A stretch of DNA of 30,863 bases. Source: a virus. The stretch covers positions 1 to 30,863 of the IMG/VR virus record IMGVR_UViG_3300045988_114391; one strand, written 5' to 3'. Shown piece after piece: positions 7,685 through 16,421 of the stretch (position 1 is its first letter; each line of letters starts with the position of its first letter). Below the pieces are notes generated by a model. It was given only the letters and a program-made list of their open reading frames with translations. It was not told where the DNA came from and made no database searches. Both the position numbers and the translations under genes were made by a program.

Positions 7685-7846
7685 ATGGAAAGTGATATTA
7701 AAGAAACAATTAAACAAACAGAAGAGTATATTAAAGAATTGGATAAATGAATGCTCGAATGTAAAGAGGCTACTAAAAGATTTGGTGATATTATAGATAA
7801 AGTATTAAAAGATAAAGATTATATGTTTATTTCTAAATTTGATTAA
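7685..7846 (+). CDS. Small hypothetical protein (one in-frame TGA at 7748)
   Basis: MESDIKETIKQTEEYIKELDK[TGA]MLECKEATKRFGDIIDKVLKDKDYMFISKFD, TAA stop. Confidence 0.45.
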
Positions 7847-7848
7847 TT

Positions 7849-7989
7849 ATGGATGATTATTTATTTAAAAAGCTTGAAGAACTAGAATATAGAATAGTTC
7901 AACTAGAAAACCAGCATAGAGGTTTAGTTTGGGAAGAAGTAAAAGAAACACCCAAACCAGAGATTCCTAACGCAACATATACTGATTAA
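7849..7989 (+). CDS. Small hypothetical protein
   Basis: MDDYLFKKLEELEYRIVQLENQHRGLVWEEVKETPKPEIPNATYTD. Tightly packed after the previous gene. TAA stop. Confidence 0.45.
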   Translation: MDDYLFKKLEELEYRIVQLENQHRGLVWEEVKETPKPEIPNATYTD

Positions 7990-7990
7990 T

Positions 7991-8134
7991 ATGAAATACC
8001 AAACCTATAAAGTATGTATAAATGGAGTGTATTATGTATATGTAATACCAGAAAATAGTAAGTTTTTAGTAGACTTACAAACAGGAGATTTAATACCTAA
8101 AGAAGATGATAAATTATTTGAAATGATGGAATAA
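7991..8134 (+). CDS. Small hypothetical protein
   Basis: MKYQTYKVCINGVYYVYVIPENSKFLVDLQTGDLIPKEDDKLFEMME, TAA stop, followed by a terminator. Confidence 0.45.
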   Translation: MKYQTYKVCINGVYYVYVIPENSKFLVDLQTGDLIPKEDDKLFEMME

Positions 8135-8141
8135 ATGAAAA

Positions 8142-8174
8142 TAGGAGGGCATAAACCCTCCTATTTCTTTTTTA
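8142..8174. terminator. Bidirectional intrinsic terminator between convergent operons
   Basis: taggaggg-cataaa-ccctccta hairpin with T-rich tracts on both strands. Lies between the + strand gene end (8134) and the - strand gene end (8175). Confidence 0.8.
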
Positions 8175-8744
8175 TTAAACATATCTTCACTTGAATCCTT
8201 TAGCTGTATTTGCTAATCCACCACATACTCTACTAATAGCTCCTCTATCAGTTCCTACAGATTTGGCTGCTTCTGTGCAACTTTCATACTCTTGAATAAA
8301 ATTACCATCTAAATCATACTGAGCTACTTTACGACATCTTTGTTTGTTATGAGCATCTACTTTAACTCTTCAAGATTCTGGGCAATTATGTTTCTTTCCC
8401 TTATTAGAATTAGACAGTTTCTTCTTTCATTCAGAATTAAATTTGACTCCGTAATTGCCTCCTTCTCCTCCAGGTTTCAAATTTAAACACATAGGATCAG
8501 TGTCCCATTTATCTCCAATTAGTTTGTATTCTAATTTAGATAATTCATCTGCATTAGTGCAAGTTGCCAAAATAATCTTTTGGTATGCATTAGGGAATCT
8601 TTTGTAATAATTAGTAATAATCCTTCCTGATCCTTTATATGGATCTTTATTTATGTCTTTACCTCTATAAATCCTTTTCCCAATATAATACTTGCCTCTT
8701 AATGTACCTGCAGTTAAAATTATTTTATAACAATAGTAAAACAT
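8175..8744 (-). CDS. GIY-YIG homing endonuclease with C-terminal DNA-binding domain (three in-frame TGA)
   Basis: N-terminus YCYKIILTAGTLRGKYYIGKR...KPGGEGG. Reads through TGA at 8427, 8370 and 8187 into ...KKHNCPES[W]RVKVDAHNKQRCRKVAQYDLDGNFIQEYESCTEAAKSVGTDRGAISRVCGGLANTAKGFK[W]RYV, then TAA. Confidence 0.85.
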
Positions 8745-9196
8745 TATATAATAGTAAATTTCTGTCTTCTCTGCAAACCCTCTTTATTCTTCAGTCCTAA
8801 ATGAATTCAACTAGCTATTCCATTTCTAGGTTTCTCATAAATAAGTTGATCAAAATCATACTTTTCAATAGCTTCAGTAATCCAAACCTGAAATTCTTTC
8901 ATTTGGCCGTTACTTGGAATTATATCTGCTGCATACCCTGTTAAATGAGCAGAAGTTGAAGATCCTCCTACTGCTTTATTAAGCTCCTTATTTCTAAAAC
9001 CAGAGGAAATCCTGATGCCTGCGTTACCAAGCTGATTGTCATCACAATACTTTGCCCATCTCTCTCTTATTGGGTCTAAAAGCTTCTCGACCAACTCTAT
9101 CAGGTGCTCTGTTATACTCTCATCTGGAGTGTTATCTATATGCTTAATTGAAGCAGTATCAGATCTTGTTAATTCTTCGAGTGTGAAATACTTCAT
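8744..9196 (-). CDS. Endolysin, peptidase M15 (VanY / L-Ala-D-Glu peptidase-like); one in-frame TGA at 8807
   Basis: FTLEELTRSD...IDNTP...LLDPIRERW...ISSGFRNKELNKAVGGSSTSAHLTGYAADI. After the TGA the frame continues [W]IHLGLKNKEG..., supplying the expected last Zn-ligand His. TAA at 8744. Confidence 0.85.
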
Positions 9197-9357
9197 TATT
9201 TAAGTACATCTTTAATCATAACGTATCTATAAAATAGATGTGAAGCTACACCTATTACAAGTAATACTACAGTAATCCAAAAAGGAATTACTTTAATTAG
9301 TAAACATATCAGCAGAATAATAACTACTGCAATTACATATTTTAACCAATATTTCAT
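9196..9357 (-). CDS. Holin candidate (53 aa, two hydrophobic segments)
   Basis: MKYWLKYVIAVVIILLICLLIKVIPFWITVVLLVIGVASHLFYRYVMIKDVLK. Immediately upstream of the endolysin, joined by TAATG. Confidence 0.5.
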   Translation of the reverse strand: MKYWLKYVIAVVIILLICLLIKVIPFWITVVLLVIGVASHLFYRYVMIKDVLK

Positions 9358-9358
9358 A

Positions 9359-10015
9359 TTATATTTTATTTAAAATTACACTTATCTGTATTCCAGCTCT
9401 TCTTAGATGTACTCAAGTATCATAAGGCATAGGTGTATCACAGAATGATAAACCTAAAATGCCAATATCTTTATCCTCAGTCTTTAAATAAAATACTGCT
9501 ATTTCATTCACTCTGTTGGATTTAAATGCATAATATAATCTTGGATCATCTGCTTCTAAACTATCTATATTACCAAACCATCCATCATTCTTAGAAAACT
9601 CTATAATTGAAGTATAGTCAGATAACAGGAAATCTTTATAATGGCTACTTACAGGTCTTATTCCTGGTTTTACTTCCTCTGCATTCATTACTCCATAGGT
9701 AAATGGAAGTCCTCCTAATCCAGTAGTTCCATTATGATATTCAATAACCCAAGCTCTATCAGCATTGGTACTTTGAAGCAATTCTTTAAGCTTATATTTA
9801 ATCTTCAAAGTTGCTTCATTTCTTGCAATAGTTTTAGAATTGTGAGTTTGTTCAATATAGGTTACAACCTTATTATAAACAATAGAGGGATTAAGTGTAA
9901 TAACCATTACATAGGATATAAATATTAATCCAATCCCTGCTTTAAATATCTTTAGTAATCCATATTTATCTACTCATTCTAATACCTTTCCAAACCAGTT
10001 TAATTTATTTTCCAT
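9359..10015 (-). CDS. N-terminally membrane-anchored hypothetical protein (two in-frame TGA)
   Basis: MENKLNWFGKVLE[W]VDKYGLLKIFKAGIGLIFISYVMVI... joins track ORF 9413..9907 and reads through TGA 9413 to TAA 9359. Confidence 0.55.
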
Positions 10016-10440
10016 TACATATTATCAGAACAAGTACCCAGAGTATTGTCTACAGCTAAATCAACTCTAACAAATACTCCAGTACAAATATCTTTGAACT
10101 TCTGATAAAATGGAGTAAAAATTAAAGGATAAGAAATATCAACTTCTGGATATTGGTTATTAAATCGGTTAATTATATTAGTTAATGCTAATATTCCAGC
10201 TGATTGCTCTTCAAGCTGATTATTATCAGTCTCATCCCATCTTGCTATAAAATAGAGATTTAAAGAGTAAGTAATAGTATCCTCATCCATATTAAATGTA
10301 TTTGGAGTTATATAAAATACATTATATTCAATAGTTGGGATACTATTAAGTTCATATATATCCTTACTTCCTACAAAATTAATATTGGGTTCTTCAAGAG
10401 CACAAGCTTTTAAATTGTTTATTAATTCAAAATACGTCAT
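10015..10440 (-). CDS. Hypothetical virion/neck-region protein
   Basis: ATG at 10440 (MTYFELINNLK...), 2 nt after the upstream stop. The longer track ORF start at 10542 overlaps the previous gene. TAA stop. Confidence 0.55.
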   Translation of the reverse strand: MTYFELINNLKACALEEPNINFVGSKDIYELNSIPTIEYNVFYITPNTFNMDEDTITYSLNLYFIARWDETDNNQLEEQSAGILALTNIINRFNNQYPEVDISYPLIFTPFYQKFKDICTGVFVRVDLAVDNTLGTCSDNM

Positions 10441-10441
10441 C

Positions 10442-11125
10442 TTACTTACTCTTTTTATTGTTATCACTTGAAGGGAAATCATAAGCTCTTTGCAGAGGAC
10501 CTTCACAAGAATTATATCTCCAACCTTTACCTCTAGCTCCACCTAACCAAATAGTACAAGATGAACTTGAATACATATTTGGATACATATCTTTAAGAGG
10601 TTTATAAGAATACAATTCAGGAAAATCATTATAATATGTAATTACCCAATTTTGTAATCTCGTTTTAAAGAAATCTGCTTTATCTCTATAATATTTCTTA
10701 ATAAGATTAACTTGGCTAATATCAGAAGTTAAATCTTTCTCATCATCAGTCCTCATAACCCCAAAATTACTCAGCTTAAATGAGATGGGTATAGTAATCT
10801 CACTTAATACTTGATAAAGTAAATAAGGCTGAATATAGTAATCTAGCAATTCTTTATATCTATGATTTTCTGGGTCATCTATTGAAGTAGGATCATAAAT
10901 AGGAGGTTCTATTGGATGAACTGGTTTATTTGGATCTTTTCAATCAATTACTAATTTCTGAATCTTTTCTAAGAGCTTAGTTCCAATTAATGACTGAAGC
11001 TCAATATCTTGTGCAAGTTTAATTGCTGACTGAAGATATTTACCAGAAACATTATTGTCTAGATTAGATTCTGATTTTATATAATCTTCAGATATTAATA
11101 GTACATTTCTATAATTATTTTCCAT
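10442..11125 (-). CDS. Hypothetical protein, possibly a head-tail connector (one in-frame TGA at 10940)
   Basis: Track ORFs 10940..11125 and 10442..10849 are in one frame. The gap translates without TAA/TAG (LVID[W]KDPNKPVHPIEPPIYDP...). Located just downstream of the portal gene. Confidence 0.55.
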
Positions 11126-12213
11126 TATTCAACTTGTTTAGTATCAGCTTCATTAAGGCTAAATGGTGAAATTGTGATTGAATTCTGCATTCCAAAGATC
11201 TTATCAAATGAATCACAAATCTCTTTCTGAATAGGTCTAATCATAGTTCTATTATAAAGCTTGAATGAAGATTCAAATTCTTGCTCATTAAAACCAGTTG
11301 AATCTGAGTTAATTCCAAATAAGTTAGGATTAGCTCTGAAGGCACAGAATATTTGATCTCTGGTTCTCTCAGATAATGATTGATATTTCTCATCAAAATC
11401 ATCAGAATCTAATCTTTCAATAGTAGTCTTATTTGCCTCATCTGCATTATATGAAATCAATATTCTGCCAGCATTCTGATAACCAGAGAACTTCTCATTA
11501 ATATTCCTCTCAATCTCCTCTCTAATTTCATCTGTAGGTTCCCCATTATTAAAGTTAATAATAAGATTACCCATAAATCCATTATTGATGTTATTTAAAT
11601 GGAATTCATTAATATTTTTCTCAGTTTCACAAGATAAAATAGCAGCTCCATAAACAGGAATAGGATATACTCCTCTTGTTATATAACCTTTATTATAAAA
11701 TATACTAGCTGGATTTTCATCCCCAGCTCCAAATTTTGGATATTTTATAGCTTTTACAGACCAAGCTGTCCAATCAGTTGCATAATATAATACATCATTC
11801 TTTTCACTCGACCTTACATTCATAAAATCAATATGATAGATCTCTGCAACTCTTCCGAGCATATCTCTAATTACTTGGATAGCATAACCTCCAAATATCA
11901 TCTTATCAATAGTGATTTTTCTCATTATATCAACTATTGTTTCACCTTTCTTGTTTACAACTACTTCAAATCCTGGAGCATTACATTTAACATCGTTACC
12001 AACAATAAAGTCAGCAGAACCATTAATAATGGATTGGAGAGTGGCAACATTTAAATATAAATCCCATAGATATAACGGATATTTGTTATCTTCTCCTCAC
12101 ATTATCATATCAGAACCTCTTTTCCTTGTTTCCGTTGGAAGAACGATGTTAGATTGAATGAAAGGATCTATGGCTGAGAGTTTTAGATTTGATTTTATTT
12201 TATTTTCTTTCAT
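11125..12213 (-). CDS. Portal protein (one in-frame TGA at 12097)
   Basis: ATG at 12213: MKENKIKSNLKLSAIDPF...SDMIM[W]GEDNKYPLYLWDLYLNVATLQSIINGSADFIVG..., then track ORF 11125..11925 (ANPNLFGI, GFNEQEFESSFKLYNRTMIRPIQ). Resembles portal families by eye. Confidence 0.7.
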
Positions 12214-12586
12214 AGCTTATATATTGATTTTGTCTATCATATTGGTATCTTTGATTTTCATAATCCCCAATTCTAATTAAACCAGTACTAAGAATTGGAA
12301 TAGGTTTTCCAGCTATCAGAATTTTAGTATTTGTAGTTAATATATTATCATAGGTGACTAATACATAGCTATTGTACTGATCTTGATATATGTTATTTGG
12401 GTCTATGACGATTTCCCATTTATTTGGGTTATAAAATAATACATACTGATACTCTCCATCTGGTGTATTATCATCTAACGTTATATCAAATTTATAATAT
12501 ATATTTTCAGAATAATTCTGATTATTTAAATTATAAATATAAATTTGTTTTGTTACAGTATGCTGAAGAACAAGACTATAATTCAT
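12200..12586 (-). CDS. Hypothetical protein
   Basis: Uninterrupted 128-codon ORF with a TAA stop. Y/N/Q-rich. Confidence 0.5.
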   Translation of the reverse strand: MNYSLVLQHTVTKQIYIYNLNNQNYSENIYYKFDITLDDNTPDGEYQYVLFYNPNKWEIVIDPNNIYQDQYNSYVLVTYDNILTTNTKILIAGKPIPILSTGLIRIGDYENQRYQYDRQNQYISYERK

Positions 12587-13241
12587 ATTTTCAAATATAT
12601 TTTTTATATGTGGGAATTATGCCTCTTAAAGCATTATATACACCACTTCTTGTAAATTCGTCTTCTAGCTCTCTAATTCGACTATATTTTTTAATTAGTT
12701 TTCCATCTAAAGAGTATCTGAGAATATATTTATATTTGGGATTTGGCCTAGTCTTTCAAGCTTCTTTCATAGCTTGTTTACATTCCTCACTTCTTGATTT
12801 TCCATATAAAGGATGAAATTCTCCAGATCTACAATAATTACTAGTATGTTTACCGTAATTTGGATTCTTTTCCCCTCTTTTTGCTTCAGACAATCTTTTT
12901 CTCGTTTCCTCAGTTATTATATGTCCAAATCCACCATCTCCTCCATCTGTCATATTATATCCATTTATTTTAGAATTAAATAAATTAATATATTTCTTTT
13001 CAGCTTCATCTAATTTTCTATTTAATAAACTTTCTGAGGTACAACAAAATACCTGTATAGCTTCGATAATAAAATTTTTATCTCCATATTTCCTAATAGC
13101 TCGACTTAAATGATAATCCAAACCAGATTTTGCTTTCAGTTTATGCTCAATGAACCTACGCTTAATATCTCTGGTGGTTTTTCCAATATAAATCTTATTG
13201 TTTATTAAATTAGTTATTTTATAAATTGTTCCACTTTGCAT
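12576..13241 (-). CDS. GIY-YIG homing endonuclease (two in-frame TGA)
   Basis: GTIYKITNLINNKIYIGKTTRDIKRRFIEHK...NGYNMTDGGDGG. Reads through TGA 12756 into KTRPNPKYKYILRYSLDGKLIKKYSRIRELEDEF... and ends at TAG 12576, overlapping the next start. Confidence 0.85.
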
Positions 13242-13308
13242 AATTTTACATTAGTTTTACATATCTTTTTCTTAAAATATAAACTAATTTACTAATGTAT
13301 TAAAATAA

Positions 13309-13334
13309 TTAAAGGAGACCTAAGCCTCCTTTAA
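13309..13334 (-). terminator. Intrinsic terminator
   Basis: ttaaaggag-acctaagc-ctcctttaa hairpin, followed on the minus strand by ttattttaa. Confidence 0.7.
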
Positions 13335-13384
13335 TGTCAAGTTTTTTACTCACTCAAAGTACTAAGAAAAAATAAAAACTGACA
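13335..13384 (+). repeat. Intergenic 50-bp element, copy S2
   Basis: TGTCAAGTTTTTTACTCAC-tcaaagtac-TAAGAAAAAATAAAAA-CTGACA. It ends 4 nt from the stop codon of the gene at 13389. Confidence 0.8.
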
Positions 13385-13388
13385 AAAT

Positions 13389-14408
13389 TTATGCTGATGC
13401 TAAAGTTCAGTTTTTAGATGTAGCTAATGATTTCTGTTCTTCAGTAAGTGCATTATAAACATCTGCTGCAAATATAATAGTTTGAGGCACTTCTCCAGTT
13501 AAATCAGCAGCTTTATTTAGAATATTATCAATAGCCAAAGAATTAAGACTTGGCAGTTTACTTAAATCTAAATACGTTTTTAACCCTACTATTCCTCCCA
13601 TATCAGTTATATAAGTATTATTGGAAGATCAGCTATAAAATGGCCAATTAGAAAAGTTTTGTCTTGCTGCACTTATACTTGTAACATCTCATTCAGGAAG
13701 TTCAGTTATATTATCAGGTAATTGTTCGTAGAATCCTCCTATTTCCATATTAATTACATTACCCGTAATATTAAATTTCATAGTTGGCAATATTGTCACT
13801 CTATCTTTTTGAACTCCAGTAAACATACCAGACATATTAATTGAACAACTTGATCTAGAACTATTAAACTCAATTTCATTTACATTAATAACAGAGTATG
13901 CAAAAGTACTGGTAAAACTAGAATTACCATTCTCTTCAATAATAAATTTTTGAATTATTGGAGAACTGTCTTGTATTTGAGTATTATAAAAAGCAAAGTC
14001 AGCATTACTACAATATATTTCTGCTGGAAATAAAATATCAGAACATTTAATTTGATAAAAAGTATACTCTAAATTATAATTCAAAATATTAAATAGACTA
14101 TTTAAATTTATTGTTATACCATTTAAATTTGCGTCTTGAAAAAATCATTTTGTAGAACTAGTATCATCAAATGAATATGTAACATTATCATATTGTTCTT
14201 GTGACATATTAGAAAATGCAAGTGTTAATCCACAATCATTTAAATTAATCTTTCCTCCACCACCTCCAGAAATCTGTCCTATCTTATCTGCATAGCTTCT
14301 AAAGGTATCGGAATCTGATACAGCAACACCTTTAGCTACAATAGCATCTTTAATGGCACTCTTAGTACCTTCAAGATACGTTAATTTATCAGAAATTGTA
14401 TTTGCCAT
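13389..14408 (-). CDS. Tail fibre / receptor-binding-type protein (four in-frame TGA)
   Basis: Track ORFs 14145..14408, 13689..14084 and 13407..13601 are in one frame, and the gaps carry only TGA. N-terminus MANTISDKLTYLEGTKSAIKDAIVAKGV...GGGGG is typical of phage fibre proteins. C-terminus LTEEQKSLATSKN[TGA]TLASA parallels 15305..16420. Confidence 0.65.
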
Positions 14409-14409
14409 A

Positions 14410-15063
14410 TTAGATTACCTCACCATTAATTGTATCAAGAGTAGTTGAAATATTACCAATCTGAGCTTGAATTGCTGAGATTTCTCCATCTAACTCTGTC
14501 ATCTTTGTATTATATGCATCTGTAGTTACATAGTTTGATAACTCACTTTTATCTGCTTTAAGTGCAACTTCATCTTTCGTAGCTAATCCAGATACATCAG
14601 GAATCTTATTCTCTACAGCTGTAAGCTCTTCTTTAGTAGCAAAATCACTAGTATCAGGAATTTCTGCTTTAGTTGCATAATTACTTAAATCTACAGATAG
14701 TTGCAAACCTTCTCCATTTCTATGTAAAGATAGAGGTTGATTAGCTTGGAATACTTCCATCTTAGAAGTTTCTAACTCCTCAACTTCCCCTTTAAGATTA
14801 GTAATCTCAGTATTAATTGGAACAAGTTTAGCATCTATAGATTGATCTACTAAAGGAGGAACTTGATCTTCAATACTTTCTGTTACTTTAGTATCAATTA
14901 ACTCTTCTGCTTTCTCCTCAGAAATGTAATTACCTTTAGGTTGAAATCTTTCATCTGCTTCAATCTTAGTATAAGAACCAACAGGAAGTTGTCCAGGTTC
15001 AATACCACATTTCTTACTTACATAAAAAGTTTGTGTATTTTTAGTATTCTTAAGTATAATCAT
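14410..15063 (-). CDS. Coiled-coil tail fibre-like protein
   Basis: Repeated ATK(A/E/D)E(I/L/V) units and heptad-like segments. No Trp codons. TAA stop. Confidence 0.6.
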   Translation of the reverse strand: MIILKNTKNTQTFYVSKKCGIEPGQLPVGSYTKIEADERFQPKGNYISEEKAEELIDTKVTESIEDQVPPLVDQSIDAKLVPINTEITNLKGEVEELETSKMEVFQANQPLSLHRNGEGLQLSVDLSNYATKAEIPDTSDFATKEELTAVENKIPDVSGLATKDEVALKADKSELSNYVTTDAYNTKMTELDGEISAIQAQIGNISTTLDTINGEVI

Positions 15064-15065
15064 AA

Positions 15066-15302
15066 TTATCTAACTTTTATTGATTCCTCATACTCTTTAG
15101 AAGCTTTAATAGCTAATTCTTTATATTCAGCATCCTTATCTAAAGAGACTTCTGATAGATGCTCTAAATCGCAACTTAAAGGACAGATACATTCAGTAAA
15201 TGAACTGTATAATTTAATATCCATTCCTTCTTTATAGTTAGTAAGTACATAACCTTCTTCTGGACTAACTACTTTATATTTTTCTTTAATTTCAATTTTC
15301 AT
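15066..15302 (-). CDS. Small hypothetical protein
   Basis: ATG at 15302 (MKIEIKEKYKV...) sits just after the upstream TAA at 15305. The track start at 15329 would overlap that gene. Confidence 0.4.
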   Translation of the reverse strand: MKIEIKEKYKVVSPEEGYVLTNYKEGMDIKLYSSFTECICPLSCDLEHLSEVSLDKDAEYKELAIKASKEYEESIKVR

Positions 15303-15304
15303 AA

Positions 15305-16420
15305 TTATGCAACTCGATTTATGCTCCAATTCTTTGAAGCGATTAATGATTTCTGTTCATCTGTTAATTTATCATATGCAGTAGATTTGAATGATATACT
15401 TGTATTAGAACTTACTGCTGTGCCAATAGATTCAGCTATAGTTTGTAATGAATCTGTAGATAAATTTGGAGATTGTGCAAAATAAAGAACTCCTCCTTTA
15501 GTTAAACTCTCTCCTAATCCATTTAAAGCTCCTACAGTTACTAATTCTGGACAAGATGCCGCAAAACTAGTACAATCTGTAACAAGATGACAATCTATTT
15601 CTGGTGTAGCTGTTAATCTACTACAAGTACTAAACATATAGCTTATATCTGTAATTCCAGTAAAGGTAAAATTACTTGGAATAGTTGTTAGATATAATGC
15701 TCTATGAAACATATGATTACAATCTCCTTTAAATGGAATATTAATCGTTATATTATCTATATTAGTAGCTCCATCAGCTGTATCTGCAAATGCCCATTTT
15801 GGATCTACTAATACAAGATTTTGAAAATTATTCATTACAGAGAAATCATTATTATCTATTTTTACTCCAATAAATAAATAATTTGCACTTACTTCTTTAG
15901 TAGTTGTAGGTATTTTAACATTAGATAAAGTAGCACTATGTATTGTTTGACCCAAAAATTGAGATTCACTAGACCATCTTCCATATGCTTCATTAAGATT
16001 AGTAATCTCCTGGTTATTTAGATCAAAATGAGATGTTTTAAAAAACCCTCCTTTTCTACTTAAATCTCCACTATTTAACTTTACATCTGCATATGTTTGA
16101 GCAGAACCTATAATACTACAAAGAGGTACACCATCTATATTAAGGGCTAATTCACTTAAATCAGCAGTAAAACTAATTACTGTAGAAGTAAGGCCAGATC
16201 CTCTACCCATTCAATCCCTTTGTATATCATTTATAGTTCCATCATAACTGCTAAATACATAACTACAAGGATCAACTATTGTAGTGCCTTGAGGAACTGG
16301 ATTAGCAACTGTAACTATTTGTGGATTACATATAGGCCAGACTTTGGTACTGCCAACATAAATAGCAGTACCTTGTCTGTCACCTACATAAAATGTCTTT
16401 AAATCATCTCTAATATTCAT
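15305..16420 (-). CDS. Leucine-rich-repeat-like (BspA/DUF285-style) receptor-binding candidate (one in-frame TGA at 16211)
   Basis: Track ORFs 16211..16420 and 15305..16210 abut in frame across a single TGA. Repeats of the type MF..C..L..(I/V)P. C-terminus LTDEQKSLIASKNWSINRVA. Confidence 0.65.
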
Positions 16421-16421
16421 A

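Noticed and set aside
7030-7717. Track ORFs 7030..7386 and 7463..7717 on the minus strand
   Set aside because: They are antisense to the helicase gene and its downstream promoter. The products are hydrophobic and low-complexity, typical of AT-rich antisense frames.
11833-12816. Track ORFs 11833..12054, 11912..12157 and 12424..12816 on the plus strand
   Set aside because: They are antisense to the portal gene, the 12200..12586 gene and the GIY-YIG gene. No motifs, and the composition is an artefact of AT-rich antisense frames.
3877-16402. Other short plus-strand track ORFs (3877..4068, 9734..9928, 14941..15237, 16220..16402)
   Set aside because: They are antisense to supported minus-strand genes, with low-complexity products.
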